This document shows, in pieces, positions 23,559 to 35,376 of a stretch of DNA of 64,000 bases; within the stretch, counting starts at the first letter, position 1, and each line of letters begins with the position of its first letter. This DNA comes from Candidatus Babelota bacterium (lineage in GTDB: Bacteria; Babelota; Babeliae; Babelales; Vermiphilaceae). The DNA lies in contig JBMOLF010000010.1 in assembly GCA_049325595.1 (NCBI GenBank), forward strand, positions 160,001 to 224,000, written 5' to 3'. Made by a program: the position numbers and the translations under genes. The notes beneath the pieces were generated by a model that did no database searches, was not told the origin of the DNA, and saw only the letters and a list, made by a program, of their open reading frames with translations.

Positions 23559-26500
23559 ATGTCTAAGTTGCATGTGGACAAAAATAGTATCCGTAAATCT
23601 TTTGGTAAGATCAAGGATATTGTCCCTGTCCCTAATTTAATAGAAATACAATCTACTTCTTTTAACGATTTTGTACAATTAGATTTTCTGCCTGAAGAAA
23701 GAAAGTTGATTGGACTTGAAAAGGTACTTCGGGATATTTTCCCCATAGATTATAACGATAAAATGTCGTTAGAATATGTGAGTTATGAATTAGGTCAGTG
23801 GGCTTGTGCATGTGGCAAGTTGACAGGTATCGAAAATAGATATCATTGGAGTTGTTCCTCTTGCAAAAAGTCAGATTGTTCAAGACTTGAAAAAGATTCC
23901 GTTTGTAATTTTTGTAAAAAAAATAAAGCAAAATACAAAACGTGTTCTAATTGCTTGTCTCGAGTTATTGTGCGTTTGCCAATGACGCTTGATGAATGTC
24001 GCTCTAGTGGGCAAACATTCTCAATGCCTCTAAAAATTAAGATTCAACTTATTAGTTGGTCTGCCGATGCTGAAGGCAAAAAAGTTGTTCATGATATTAA
24101 AGAACAAGATATTTTCTTTGCAGATGTTCCAGTAATGGCAGATTTATATGAAGAAGCTGGTAGATTCAGACTTGGAAACTTAGGAACATTCCTTATCAAT
24201 GGTGTTGATCGTGTTATTGTGAGCCAATTGCACCGTTCTGCTGGTGTAGTTTTTTCACAAAGTAAAAAGGTAAAAGACTTTAGAGGTCGACCTTATTATG
24301 TAGCGCGTATAATTCCTATGCGTGGTTCATGGATTGATTTTGAATTTGATAGCAATGATTATTGCTATGTCCGTATTGATAAAAAGAAAAAATTACTTGT
24401 AACTACCTTTTTACAAGCGCTTGGTATTTCACGCGATCAAATTCTTTCATTATTTTACAATTTTGAAAAAATTTATTCTGAAAAAGGAACTTTCTACCGC
24501 TTAGTTGATAATACCTTGATTGGTCAACGTATTGAAAAAGGTATGCTGCCTGAATCAGAAGAAAAACCTTATTTAGGGCTGCGTGTTACTAAAGATGTAG
24601 TAGCGCGATTACTCAAAGCAAAAATCGATAGACTTATTTTAAGACAATCAAGTCTTTTCAATCGAGTATTTGCAAAAGATGTTATTGATCCATTAACTGG
24701 AGAAATTCTTGTTGAACAAGGTCAAACGTTTACTGAAGATCATTATAATCTTTTCAAAAAATTCAAATCTTTAGAGTTTGATCTTATCCAATCATCAGGA
24801 TATGTATTCCAGCCAACTATTGCTATGACTCTTGCAGAAGATAAATGCTTTACAGAAGAAGAAGCATTAAAAGAAGTCTATAGCAAAATTTCACCTGGTG
24901 ACATTTTATCTGCAGATGAAATTAAAGAACGTATTGATAGTTTATTCTTTAATTCTCGTTTTTATGATTTAACTAAAGTTGGTCGTATCAGAATGAATAG
25001 AAAGCTTGGCCTTTCAATTTCTGAAGACACTATAGTTTTAACTAAAGAAGATATTGTTGCCACCGTTCGCTATTTAGTTGATTTGCGTGAACGTGGAGAA
25101 GGTGAGTTGGATGATATTGATCACTTGGGTAACAGAAGGGTTCGTTTGGTTGGTGAATTACTTACTAATCAAGTGTATCTTGGCTTCTTACGTATTGAAC
25201 GAATAATACGTGAACGTTTCCGTATGCAAGAGCCTCATGGCGCTTTAATGCCTCAAGATTTTCTTAACGTAAAACCATTAAGTGTTGTTTTAAGAGAGTT
25301 CTTTGGGCTTGGACAACTTTCTCAATTTATGGATCAAACCAATCCGCTTTCTGAAGTAGCACACAAACGTCGTTTTTCAGCTCTCGGGCCTGGTGGTGTT
25401 TTAAAAGATCGTGCTACCTATGAAATTCGTGACGTTCACATATCGCACTACGGAAGAATTTGTCCTATTGAAACTCCCGAAGGTCAAACTATTGGTTTGA
25501 TTTCTTCATTGGCTACCTATGCAATGGTGAATGATCTTGGTTTCATTGAAACAGCATATAGACCAGTTGTTGATGGAAAAATTAAAGATGAAGTTGTTTT
25601 CTTGGATGCTTTTGAAGAGGCAGACAAGGTAATTGCGCAAACTGATGAAGTAGCATCTGATGGCGTTAGCTTGCAAGAAGGAAAGATTTTTGCAAGACAT
25701 CAAGGCGATTTCATGTATGTTGATGCAGAAAAAGTTAATTATATTGACCTTTCTCCTCAACAATTAGTTTCTGTAGCTTCAGCATTAATTCCTTTCTTAG
25801 AGCATGACGATGCGAGCCGTGCATTGATGGGTGCAAACATGCAACGTCAAGCGGTTCCATTGATCCGAACTCAACCACCATTGGTTGGAACTGGTATGGA
25901 ACAAGCAATTGTTCAAGCATCAGGTTCTGTGATTACCGCAAAACGAGCAGGTGTTGTTGAGTATGTATCATCACGCAAAATTATTGTTCGTGCTCATCAA
26001 GCTGAATTCAATAATGTTGATGATTGGATTTCTCAAGCTATAGATACCTATTATTTAAGAAAATTTGAAAGATCAAGCTACAGTACTTGGATACATCATT
26101 CGCCATTAGTTAAAGTTGGTGATGTTGTTAAAGCTGGTGATATTCTAACAAATGGTCCGGCTATTAAAGATGGAGAATTAGCGCTAGGTGCTAATTTAAC
26201 CGTAGCCTATATGCCATGGCATGGATATAACTTTGAAGATGCTATTATTTTAAGTAAGCGTTTGGTAGCAGATGATGTGCTTACTTCTGTTCATATAGAT
26301 GAATATGTGGTTGATGCACGTGATACCAAGCTCGGGCCTGAAGAAATTACCCGTGATATTCCTAACGTAAGCGAATCAGCATTGGCTGGTCTTGATGAAG
26401 ACGGAATTGTGCTTATTGGTACTCGTGTTAGACCTGGAGATATTCTCGTTGGTAAAGTTACCCTAAAAGGTGATGTTCAATATTCTCCAGAAGAAAAATT

Positions 26501-27884
26501 ATTACGCGCTATTTTTGGCGAGAAATCACGAGAAGTTCGTGATACTTCTTTAAGAGTACCACCTGGTGTTGAAGGAACGGTTGTTGACGTTAAAATTTTC
26601 TCACGAAGTGGTGTTAGAAAAGATAAACGTTATAAAGAAGAAATTGCAAAACAAATTGCTAAATATGAGACTGATTTTAGTGACCATTTAAAATATTTAG
26701 AAAAAATGGTTGCAGAGCAGGTTATGCAAGAGCTTCATGGTAAGAAAGCTGCGACGGGTGTGAGCAAGAGCTTCTTAACCGATGGTAATTTTGATAAAAA
26801 CAAAATTGCAGATTTAAGCTTTGCAGAAATATTATCGCTTAAAGCTCATGATAAAGAAATAATACAATCGATAAGCCAACTTAAAGATTCTTATGAAAAT
26901 CAAATAAGAATTTTAGATGGGCTTAAAGAAGAACGTATAAATAAACTCAAAAAAGGTGATCAGCTGCCATCTGGTGTAATTAAAATGGTTAAAGTTTATA
27001 TCGCAATGAAACGAACTGTTTCTGTTGGTGATAAACTTGCTGGTCGTCACGGTAATAAGGGTGTTGTTTCAACGATTGTTCCTCGCGAAGATATGCCATA
27101 TCTTTCAGATGGTACACCGGTTGATATAATTCTTAATCCATTAGGTGTTCCTTCTCGTATGAACGTGGGACAAATTCTTGAGACATTGCTTGGATTTGCC
27201 GGAAAAGAAATTGGTAATAAGTTGCAAGAAATGTTGGCTACACAAGGTGAGCAAGAAATAAGAAAATACCTTGAAACTTATTATGGTAAAGAATTAGTTA
27301 ATACCTATGTTGATTTATACGGCAAAGAAGAATTAAAAAGACTAGCTCATAAAACAGCTGAAATGGGATTAGCATTTAGAACACCAGTATTTAATGGTGC
27401 TAAATATGATACCGATATAGCGCCACTAGTTGAAAGCTTGGGTATTCCAAAAACTGGTGAATTTATGTTACGCGATGGTCGTAGCGGTGAATATTTTGAA
27501 CAACCAGTTACTGTTGGCTGCATTTATATCCTTAAGTTAAATCACTTGGTAGATGATAAGTTGCACGCACGTTCTGTTGGACCATACTCGCTTGTAACAC
27601 AACAGCCATTAGGCGGTAAAGCACAGCTAGGTGGACAACGACTTGGTGAAATGGAAGTTTGGGCACTTGAAGCATACGGCGCTGCTTATACGTTACAAGA
27701 AATGTTAACCTATAAATCTGACGATGTAAGCGGAAGACACAAGGTATACGAAGCGATTGTTCGCGGTGAAGATGTTCCTGCTCCTGGTGTACCAGAATCA
27801 TTCAATGTATTGATTAAAGAACTTCAAAGTTTAGGCTTGCAAGTGGATTTATTTAAAAGTGGCAAGGAGAAGATAAGTGAATAA
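23559..27884 (+). CDS. rpoB: RNA polymerase beta subunit
   Basis: GAGGAG RBS; QLSQFMDQTNPL, GDKLAGRHGNKG, GGQRLGEMEVWALEAYG. Confidence 0.99.
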   Translation: MSKLHVDKNSIRKSFGKIKDIVPVPNLIEIQSTSFNDFVQLDFLPEERKLIGLEKVLRDIFPIDYNDKMSLEYVSYELGQWACACGKLTGIENRYHWSCSSCKKSDCSRLEKDSVCNFCKKNKAKYKTCSNCLSRVIVRLPMTLDECRSSGQTFSMPLKIKIQLISWSADAEGKKVVHDIKEQDIFFADVPVMADLYEEAGRFRLGNLGTFLINGVDRVIVSQLHRSAGVVFSQSKKVKDFRGRPYYVARIIPMRGSWIDFEFDSNDYCYVRIDKKKKLLVTTFLQALGISRDQILSLFYNFEKIYSEKGTFYRLVDNTLIGQRIEKGMLPESEEKPYLGLRVTKDVVARLLKAKIDRLILRQSSLFNRVFAKDVIDPLTGEILVEQGQTFTEDHYNLFKKFKSLEFDLIQSSGYVFQPTIAMTLAEDKCFTEEEALKEVYSKISPGDILSADEIKERIDSLFFNSRFYDLTKVGRIRMNRKLGLSISEDTIVLTKEDIVATVRYLVDLRERGEGELDDIDHLGNRRVRLVGELLTNQVYLGFLRIERIIRERFRMQEPHGALMPQDFLNVKPLSVVLREFFGLGQLSQFMDQTNPLSEVAHKRRFSALGPGGVLKDRATYEIRDVHISHYGRICPIETPEGQTIGLISSLATYAMVNDLGFIETAYRPVVDGKIKDEVVFLDAFEEADKVIAQTDEVASDGVSLQEGKIFARHQGDFMYVDAEKVNYIDLSPQQLVSVASALIPFLEHDDASRALMGANMQRQAVPLIRTQPPLVGTGMEQAIVQASGSVITAKRAGVVEYVSSRKIIVRAHQAEFNNVDDWISQAIDTYYLRKFERSSYSTWIHHSPLVKVGDVVKAGDILTNGPAIKDGELALGANLTVAYMPWHGYNFEDAIILSKRLVADDVLTSVHIDEYVVDARDTKLGPEEITRDIPNVSESALAGLDEDGIVLIGTRVRPGDILVGKVTLKGDVQYSPEEKLLRAIFGEKSREVRDTSLRVPPGVEGTVVDVKIFSRSGVRKDKRYKEEIAKQIAKYETDFSDHLKYLEKMVAEQVMQELHGKKAATGVSKSFLTDGNFDKNKIADLSFAEILSLKAHDKEIIQSISQLKDSYENQIRILDGLKEERINKLKKGDQLPSGVIKMVKVYIAMKRTVSVGDKLAGRHGNKGVVSTIVPREDMPYLSDGTPVDIILNPLGVPSRMNVGQILETLLGFAGKEIGNKLQEMLATQGEQEIRKYLETYYGKELVNTYVDLYGKEELKRLAHKTAEMGLAFRTPVFNGAKYDTDIAPLVESLGIPKTGEFMLRDGRSGEYFEQPVTVGCIYILKLNHLVDDKLHARSVGPYSLVTQQPLGGKAQLGGQRLGEMEVWALEAYGAAYTLQEMLTYKSDDVSGRHKVYEAIVRGEDVPAPGVPESFNVLIKELQSLGLQVDLFKSGKEKISE

Positions 27885-30800
27885 CCGGATCCTAGAGCGT
27901 TTTAGAGAGTATGTAAGTATTACTCAGTTTAATGCTATGAAGATTGGTCTTGCTTCTCCGGAGAAGATACGCTCTCTTTCTTATGGTGAAGTGAAAAAAA
28001 TAGAGACCATAAACTATAGAACATTAAAACCCGAACGTGATGGTTTGTTCTGTGCGCGCATTTTTGGTCCCCAAAAAGACTGGGAATGTAACTGCGGAAA
28101 ATACAAACGTATGAAACACCGTGGTGTAACGTGCGAGAAGTGTGGCGTTGAAGTGATTCAATCACGCGTTCGCCGTGAACGTATGGGTCATATTGAGCTT
28201 GTTTCACCGGTATGCCACATTTGGTATCTTAAGGGTATTCCTAGTTACTTAGGGCTTATCTTAGATATGCCAATTAAAGATTTGGAACGCGTAATTTATT
28301 TTGATGCGTACTTGGTTATTCATCAAGGGATGTCTCCGTATCCACGAAAAACGGTATTAACTAACGCGGAATATGAAACTTATATTGAAGCGCATCCAGA
28401 TGACTTTGAATTTGTAGTCGAAATCGGTGCAGAAGCAATTAAATCTATTTTGTCATTAATAGATCTTAAGACTGAAGTTGCAATTCTTGAACAAGAGTAT
28501 AGTAAGACAACGTCTGTTGCTATTCGTCATAAAATAATGCGACGAATTAAAATATTCTCAAGTCTATTGCAAAGTAATTTAAGACCTGAATGGATGGTAA
28601 TGTCTGTATTACCAGTATTACCGCCCGATTTAAGACCATTGGTTCCTTTAGAAGGTGGCCGTTTTGCAAGTTCAGATTTAAATGAATTATATCGACGCGT
28701 ATTAAACAGAAATATTCGTTTACAGCGCCTTATTGAAATTGAAGCGCCATCAGTAATTGTAAAAAACGAAAAAAGAATGTTGCAAGAAGCAGTTGATGCA
28801 CTTATTGATAATGGTCGTAGAGGTCAGCCAGTTCGTGGCTCTAACCGTCGCCCACTCAAGTCTCTAAGTGAAATGCTTCGAGGAAAACAAGGTCGTTTTA
28901 GACAGAACTTGTTAGGACGCCGTGTTGATTATTCAGGTCGTTCAGTGATCGTTGTTGATCCAGAATTAAAAATGGATAAATGCGGATTGCCAAAAGCAAT
29001 GGCGTTAGAATTATTCAAGCCGTATGTTTTTGCGGGCTTAATACAACGTGAAATTGCGCCTAATCTTAGAGTTGCAAAGCGAATGGTGGAAGAACTTGTT
29101 CCTGAAGTATGGGATGTTCTTGAAGAAGTTGTTAAAGATAGACCGGTATTACTCAACCGTGCACCAACATTGCACCGGCTAGGTATTCAAGCATTTTATC
29201 CTATTTTAGTTGATGGAAAAGCAATTAAGATTCACCCACTCGTTTGCGCAGCATTTAACGCGGACTTCGATGGTGACCAAATGGCTGTTCATCTTCCATT
29301 AAGTAAAAAAGCTCAAGATGAAAGTAAAATTCTTATATTGTCGACGAACAATATTTTATCTCCAGCTAATGGTCGTCCAATAAAAGTTCCTTCTCAAGAC
29401 ATGGTTCTTGGTTTGCACTATATAACTAAAGTGCGTTGTGGTGCAAAAGGAGAAGGTATTGTTTTCTCTGGTATTTCTGAGGTAATAACCGCTTATCAAT
29501 GCCATGAAGTAGCATTACATGCAAAGATTGTATTGCGCTTAAATGAAAAAGAAACAGTACAAACAACGGTTGGTCGTGTTATTTTATTTGATGCATTACC
29601 ATCAGGGTCAGATTTTAGTTGGATCAACAAAATTATGAAAAAATCTGATCTGACAAAACTTGTTGAGCGTATTTACTATCGTTTTGGTAGTGATGCTGCT
29701 GTACAGTGCTTAGATAAAATTAAAAAGTTAGGGTTCTACCATTCAACTATGGCAGGAATATCAATTTCCTTGTCAAATATAATTGTACCTCAAACCAAAA
29801 AAGAGATTCTCAAGAAAGCTGAAAAAGAAGTACAGCGTGTAGAAGATCTTTATATGGATGGGGTAATCACCAATGGAGAACGTTATAATAAAGTTATTAG
29901 CATTTGGGGTCATGCTACTGCTGATATAGCAAATGAGATGACTCAAGAACTTGAAGCTGAAGATCATCAAGCGTATTTAAATGAGGCTGGTTCATTCCGT
30001 CCATTTAATCCATTATTTATGATGCTTGAATCAGGAGCGCGTGGTTCTAAAGATCAAATTAAACAGCTAGCTGGTATGCGTGGTATGATGGCAAAGCCAT
30101 CTGGTGAAATTATGGAAACACCAGTTAAAAATAACTTTAAAGATGGATTAAGTGTTTTTGAATACTTTATTTCCACCCACGGTGCTCGTAAAGGTCAAGC
30201 GGATACCGCATTGAAAACGGCAAACTCAGGTTATTTAACCCGTCGTTTAGTAGATGTTGCGCAAGATGTTATTGTAACAATGAATGACTGTCAGACTTTA
30301 GGGTATATTGAAATTCAAGACCTAAAAGAATCTGGTGATGTTATTTGTCCATTATCTGCACGTGTATTTGGCCGTGTTGTAGCAGTTGATATTAAAGATC
30401 CAGTAACTGGAGAATTGATTCTCAAAGCTGGTGAAGTAATTGAACGAGATTCAATTAGTAAAATATCTGAATCTGCAGTTAATAAAATATTGGTACGTTC
30501 AGTTTTAACCTGTCAAGCAAAACGCGGTGTATGTTCACGTTGTTATGGTTATGATTTATCAAAAGGTTCCTTTGTAGATGTTGGAACAACTGTTGGTATT
30601 ATTGCAGCGCAATCAATTGGTGAACCAGGAACTCAGCTTACCATGAGAACCTTCCACATAGGGGGTACTGCAAGTGGTTTAGCAGAACAGCCATTCTTTG
30701 TTGCAAAACATGATGGTATTGTTCAGTTCTATGGCGTTCGTATGGTTAAAAATCGTCATAATCAATGGATATTAATGACGCGTAAAGCCCGTCTTGTTAT

Positions 30801-31986
30801 CCTTTCTCCAGATGGTCGTGAATTACAGCGCCATGATCTTGAATATGGATCAGTAATGTTGGTTAATGACAAAGATCATATTAAGGCTGGCACTAAATTG
30901 GTTGAATGGGATCCAAACAGTAAAGTATTGGTGACTGAAAAATCAGGTATCGTAAAATTTGTTGATTTAATTGAGAACGTTACCATTCAAGAACGTTTTG
31001 ACGAAGCAACAAAAAAATCTAACTTTATTGTTTTAGAACATAAAGGCGAAAAATACCAACCAGCATTAAGTATTGAATCTGTTGATGGTGAAGAAGAAGC
31101 ACATTACTACCTATCTCCAGGATCATACTTGGGTGTAACTGAAAATCAAAAAGTTGAAGCTGGTGACATATTGGTAAAAATACCACGTGAAGCTTCTAAG
31201 ATTAAAGATATTACCGGTGGTTTACCTCGTATTGCTGAGTTGTTCGAAGCTCGTATGCCAAAAGATCCGGCAATATTAGCTGATATTGATGGTGAAGTAG
31301 TTATTGGTGGCTTACACAGAGGTCAACGAAAACTTTCTATTGTATCAGGATCTCAGACTGTTGATTATTTAATCCCTCGCGGTAAACAACTTAACGTTGC
31401 GCATGGCGATCATGTAAATGCGGGTGATCAAATTACCTCTGGATTACCAATTTTACAAGATATTTTAAGAATTTTGGGTGCTGATATAGTACAAAGATAT
31501 TTAGTTGATCAAATTCAGCAAATTTACCGCTTACAAGGAATTGATATTAACGATAGACATATTGAACTTATTGCTCGACAAATGTTGCGTAAAGTTCGTA
31601 TTGTTGATCCAGGTGATACTGATTTCTTAATTGGTGACCGTGTTGATAAAGTTCACTTTAAGATGGTAAACTCGCTTATAAAAGCTGAAGGTAAGCGAAT
31701 GGCGGTAGCAAAACCAGTGTTGATGGGTATAACTCAAGCCTCACTTGGTACTGAAAGCTTTATTTCTGCGGCATCGTTCCAAGAAACAACGCGTATTTTA
31801 GCTGAAGCGGCTATTGCTGGTCAAGTTGATCATCTTTATGGCTTAAAAGAAAATGTAATTGTTGGTAAACTAATACCAGCAGGGACTGGCATTCCTTCAT
31901 TTGCTGAAAAATATCTAGGTCAAGATATTTCTGAACTAGAGAAGAAAGCCCAGCAAGAAGAAATGGAAGAAAATCAGTCTGAGTAG
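27877..31986 (+). CDS. rpoC: RNA polymerase beta' subunit
   Basis: GTG start overlapping rpoB; zinc finger, [16 protein letters not shown]. Confidence 0.99.
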   Translation: MNNRILERFREYVSITQFNAMKIGLASPEKIRSLSYGEVKKIETINYRTLKPERDGLFCARIFGPQKDWECNCGKYKRMKHRGVTCEKCGVEVIQSRVRRERMGHIELVSPVCHIWYLKGIPSYLGLILDMPIKDLERVIYFDAYLVIHQGMSPYPRKTVLTNAEYETYIEAHPDDFEFVVEIGAEAIKSILSLIDLKTEVAILEQEYSKTTSVAIRHKIMRRIKIFSSLLQSNLRPEWMVMSVLPVLPPDLRPLVPLEGGRFASSDLNELYRRVLNRNIRLQRLIEIEAPSVIVKNEKRMLQEAVDALIDNGRRGQPVRGSNRRPLKSLSEMLRGKQGRFRQNLLGRRVDYSGRSVIVVDPELKMDKCGLPKAMALELFKPYVFAGLIQREIAPNLRVAKRMVEELVPEVWDVLEEVVKDRPVLLNRAPTLHRLGIQAFYPILVDGKAIKIHPLVCAAFNADFDGDQMAVHLPLSKKAQDESKILILSTNNILSPANGRPIKVPSQDMVLGLHYITKVRCGAKGEGIVFSGISEVITAYQCHEVALHAKIVLRLNEKETVQTTVGRVILFDALPSGSDFSWINKIMKKSDLTKLVERIYYRFGSDAAVQCLDKIKKLGFYHSTMAGISISLSNIIVPQTKKEILKKAEKEVQRVEDLYMDGVITNGERYNKVISIWGHATADIANEMTQELEAEDHQAYLNEAGSFRPFNPLFMMLESGARGSKDQIKQLAGMRGMMAKPSGEIMETPVKNNFKDGLSVFEYFISTHGARKGQADTALKTANSGYLTRRLVDVAQDVIVTMNDCQTLGYIEIQDLKESGDVICPLSARVFGRVVAVDIKDPVTGELILKAGEVIERDSISKISESAVNKILVRSVLTCQAKRGVCSRCYGYDLSKGSFVDVGTTVGIIAAQSIGEPGTQLTMRTFHIGGTASGLAEQPFFVAKHDGIVQFYGVRMVKNRHNQWILMTRKARLVILSPDGRELQRHDLEYGSVMLVNDKDHIKAGTKLVEWDPNSKVLVTEKSGIVKFVDLIENVTIQERFDEATKKSNFIVLEHKGEKYQPALSIESVDGEEEAHYYLSPGSYLGVTENQKVEAGDILVKIPREASKIKDITGGLPRIAELFEARMPKDPAILADIDGEVVIGGLHRGQRKLSIVSGSQTVDYLIPRGKQLNVAHGDHVNAGDQITSGLPILQDILRILGADIVQRYLVDQIQQIYRLQGIDINDRHIELIARQMLRKVRIVDPGDTDFLIGDRVDKVHFKMVNSLIKAEGKRMAVAKPVLMGITQASLGTESFISAASFQETTRILAEAAIAGQVDHLYGLKENVIVGKLIPAGTGIPSFAEKYLGQDISELEKKAQQEEMEENQSE

Positions 31987-32005
31987 ATGAAATTTTGTAT
32001 GGTAA

Positions 32006-32080
32006 AGGCGCGTAGCTCAGTGGCAGAGCATTGCTTTGACGTAGCAAGGGTCAGCGGTTCAATCCCGCTCGCGCCTACCA
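32006..32080 (+). tRNA. tRNA-Val(GAC)
   Basis: AGGCGCG/CGCGCCT acceptor, TT-GAC-GT loop, CCA. Confidence 0.96.
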
Positions 32081-32123
32081 GACTAAGTAATATGTTTAAT
32101 AACCAAAGAGGTTTAATTTTCCC

Positions 32124-32393
32124 ATGGCATTAGATGCAAACAAAAAAAGCACAATAATTGAAAGTTTTAAACAGTCTCCAAATGATACTGGTTCTGTTGA
32201 AGTACAAATTGCACTTCTTACTGAGAAAATCAAAATGTTAACTAATCATTTTGAGTCCAATCCTAAAGACTTTTCTTCAAAAAGAGGATTGCTGGATGCA
32301 GTTTCTCGTAGACGTAAATATTTACGTTATCTTGAAAAACATAATTTAGCTCGTTATAAAACTACTATAGAGCGCTTGGGATTACGAAAATAA
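32124..32393 (+). CDS. rpsO: 30S ribosomal protein S15
   Basis: DTGSVEVQIALLT, SKRGLL, LGLRK. Confidence 0.98.
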   Translation: MALDANKKSTIIESFKQSPNDTGSVEVQIALLTEKIKMLTNHFESNPKDFSSKRGLLDAVSRRRKYLRYLEKHNLARYKTTIERLGLRK

Positions 32394-32430
32394 AAATCCC
32401 TATAACATTTCATAACATAGGTATATAGTA

Positions 32431-34524
32431 ATGGTCAAAACGTTTCGCCTGCCTGAATTTGGGTACGAAGTAGAAATAGGAAAATTTGCACAACAAGCAG
32501 ATGGTGCAGTTTGGTTGCGTCAAGGAGGAACGGTAGTTCTTGCTACAGTGGTTTCTGCTCCAACACAAGATTTTCCGGGTTTTCTGCCTTTAACAATCGA
32601 TTATAGAGAGTTGTTTTCTGCAGCAGGAAAAATTCCTGGTGGATATTTTAAAAGAGAAGGCAAGCCTTCAGATAGAGAAATTTTAATTGGACGTTTAATA
32701 GACCGAGCTATACGCCCTTTATTTCCGGTTCGTTATTTTAATCAACTTCAAATTCTTACCACTGTTTATTCAGTTGATAAGCAGCATACTCCCCAAAATT
32801 TGGGGTTAATTGCTACTTCGTTAGCGCTTTCTATTTCAAAAATTCCTTTCATGGGACCAGTTGGTGTGGTTGAGATTGGTCGTATCAATGGACAATGGAT
32901 AGTTAATCCTTTGTATGAGCAAGGCTTACAATCAGATGTTCGTTTAGTCATTGCAGGAACCGAAGAAGGTATTTGCATGGTTGAGGGTTCATCGGTTGAA
33001 ATATCTGAAGATGAGTTTTTAGATGCGCTCTTTTTGGCTCATGAGAAAATCAAATCTCAAATTAGCTGGCAAAAAGAAATACAGCAAGAAGTTGGTGTTG
33101 CAAAGCAAGATGAAAATGATCGTTACAGTTGGGATAACTGGCAAAATCGTGTTGACACATTCTTATCCGATGAAAAAATAAAAGATTTATACGTAGCTGA
33201 TAAAGTAATTCGCAATGAAAAGCTTGATCAAGCTCGTGATGAATTTATTAATCTATATAAGCAAGACATTGAGGCTTCTGATGAAGCAGATATGTTACCG
33301 CGTGTAATTAACTATATTTTTGATCGTATAATGGAAGTTAAAATTACTGAGTTAATTTTTAACTTACATAAACGTATTGATGGACGTGCTTACGATCAAG
33401 TTAGACCAATTTCTATAGAAGTTGGCTTATTACCATGTAATCATGGATCAGCATTATTTACTCGTGGAAGAACCCAAGCTTTAGTAAGTGTAACGCTGGG
33501 TGGTGGCCAAGACGAGCAAAAAATTGAAAATATAATGGACTCAGAAGAGCATTTTGGTGCTTTTATGCTTCATTATAATTTCTTACCATTCTCAGTAGGA
33601 GAAGTAAGACCATATCGCGGACCAGGAAGACGTGAAGTTGGTCATGGTTATCTAGCTGCTTCTGCGTTACGTAGAATGTTACCTGACAAAAAAGATTTCC
33701 CTTATACCATTCGTATAGTAACTGATATTCTTGAATCAGATGGCTCTACCTCTATGGCAACTACCTGCGGTTCTACTATGGCTTTAATGCAGGCTGGTGT
33801 ACCAATCAAAAAGATGGTAAGTGGTATTGCTATGGGGTTATTGAAAAATCTTAAAGGCGAGTTTACCGTTCTTTCAGATATCTCAGGTTTTGAGGATGCT
33901 TTTGGGTTAATGGACTTTAAGGTAACTGGTACTGAAGATGGTATTACTGCAATTCAAATGGATATCAAATATAAAGGCGGATTTAGTAAAGAGATATTCC
34001 AAGCCGCATTAGCTCAAGCTAAAAAGGGAAGACTTCATATTCTTAATGAAATGAAAAAAGTGATGTCTCAACCAAATCCCGCATTATCAGATCTTGTTCC
34101 TAAATTGGTAACTATCAAAATAAATACCGATAAAATTGGGGCGGTAATAGGATCTGGCGGTAAAGTTATACGTGAAATCGTAGAAAAAACTGGTACTACT
34201 ATTGATATTGAGCCAGATGGTTTAGTGAAAATATTTGGTGCAACAGGTGCTAATCTTGATATGGCAATAAATTGGGTGAAAACTCTTGCAGGTCAAATAG
34301 ATCCTGGAACAATTTACCATGGTAAAGTAAAACGTTTAGCGGATTTTGGTATTTTTGTTGAATTAGTGCCGGGGTTAGACGGATTAGTACATATTTCCAA
34401 CATACCAAGAGATAAACAACGTACTTTCCTAAGAGATTTCAAAATCGATGATGCCGTTACGGTTCAAGTAATCGAATACGAAGAAAGTACTGGCCGAGTT
34501 AGATTACGTTTATTAGAACAATAG
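32431..34524 (+). CDS. pnp: Polyribonucleotide nucleotidyltransferase (PNPase)
   Basis: Two RNase PH domains, RREVGHG, MDFKVTGT, KH and S1 domains. Confidence 0.98.
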   Translation: MVKTFRLPEFGYEVEIGKFAQQADGAVWLRQGGTVVLATVVSAPTQDFPGFLPLTIDYRELFSAAGKIPGGYFKREGKPSDREILIGRLIDRAIRPLFPVRYFNQLQILTTVYSVDKQHTPQNLGLIATSLALSISKIPFMGPVGVVEIGRINGQWIVNPLYEQGLQSDVRLVIAGTEEGICMVEGSSVEISEDEFLDALFLAHEKIKSQISWQKEIQQEVGVAKQDENDRYSWDNWQNRVDTFLSDEKIKDLYVADKVIRNEKLDQARDEFINLYKQDIEASDEADMLPRVINYIFDRIMEVKITELIFNLHKRIDGRAYDQVRPISIEVGLLPCNHGSALFTRGRTQALVSVTLGGGQDEQKIENIMDSEEHFGAFMLHYNFLPFSVGEVRPYRGPGRREVGHGYLAASALRRMLPDKKDFPYTIRIVTDILESDGSTSMATTCGSTMALMQAGVPIKKMVSGIAMGLLKNLKGEFTVLSDISGFEDAFGLMDFKVTGTEDGITAIQMDIKYKGGFSKEIFQAALAQAKKGRLHILNEMKKVMSQPNPALSDLVPKLVTIKINTDKIGAVIGSGGKVIREIVEKTGTTIDIEPDGLVKIFGATGANLDMAINWVKTLAGQIDPGTIYHGKVKRLADFGIFVELVPGLDGLVHISNIPRDKQRTFLRDFKIDDAVTVQVIEYEESTGRVRLRLLEQ

Positions 34525-34526
34525 AG

Positions 34527-35369
34527 ATGTTTTATATGAATGAACAAATAACTCGATCTAATGGGCGAGCATTTGATCAATTAAGAAAAGTTAAAATATC
34601 ATTCAATACATATGGATATGCGCCAGGCTCAGTTTTAATTGAGCTTGGCAATACCAAGGTATTGTGTGCGGTAACTATTTCAACGGGTGTTCCGCCTTTT
34701 TTAAAAGGGAAAAGAACTGGCTGGTTAACAGCTGAATATGCTATGCTTCCTACAGCAACCCATAATCGTTCTATCAGAGATGAATCTACCGGTAAACGTA
34801 ATGGGCGTGCAGTAGAAATATCTCGTTTAATCAGTCGAGCTTTAAGAGCGATAGTTGACCTATCTTTAATTGGTGAGCGAACAATCACGGTTGATTGTGA
34901 TGTTTTGCAAGCTGATGGAGGAACTCGAACTGCTGCTATTACTGGTGCTTACCTTGCTTTGTATGCAGCAGTAAAAAAATGGTTAACAGAAGGTGAACTC
35001 ACTCAAACAATATTAACCGATGAAGTAGCTGCAGTTTCGGTAGGAATTATTAATGGTAAAGCTCATTTAGATATTGATTATAGCGAAGATAGCACGGCGT
35101 GTGCTGATTATAATTTTGTGCTTACTAAATCAGGAAATATCATTGAGATTCAAGGAACCTCTGAACGAGCTGCTATTTCATGGGATAGTTTTGATGCAAT
35201 TAAACAATTAGCGCATAAGGGAACTAGAACCTTTTTTGAGTTATACAAGGAGTATAAAAAAGTAGTAGATGATGATTCTATTGATTATAAACCTATTAAA
35301 GAAGAGCGCTATTCAAATAAATCAAAAACAGCTCCTATGTTTTCTTTAAAAAATCGGTTAGCGCAATAA
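34527..35369 (+). CDS. rph: Ribonuclease PH (start may be 34536)
   Basis: GWLTAEYAMLP, EISRLISRALR, DVLQADGGTRTA. Confidence 0.96.
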   Translation: MFYMNEQITRSNGRAFDQLRKVKISFNTYGYAPGSVLIELGNTKVLCAVTISTGVPPFLKGKRTGWLTAEYAMLPTATHNRSIRDESTGKRNGRAVEISRLISRALRAIVDLSLIGERTITVDCDVLQADGGTRTAAITGAYLALYAAVKKWLTEGELTQTILTDEVAAVSVGIINGKAHLDIDYSEDSTACADYNFVLTKSGNIIEIQGTSERAAISWDSFDAIKQLAHKGTRTFFELYKEYKKVVDDDSIDYKPIKEERYSNKSKTAPMFSLKNRLAQ

Positions 35370-35376
35370 TAAAAAT

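Noticed and set aside
25300..25420. RpoB rifampicin-resistance region
   Set aside because: Key residues (Q513, D516, H526, R529, S531, L533 equivalents) are wild type; only peripheral changes
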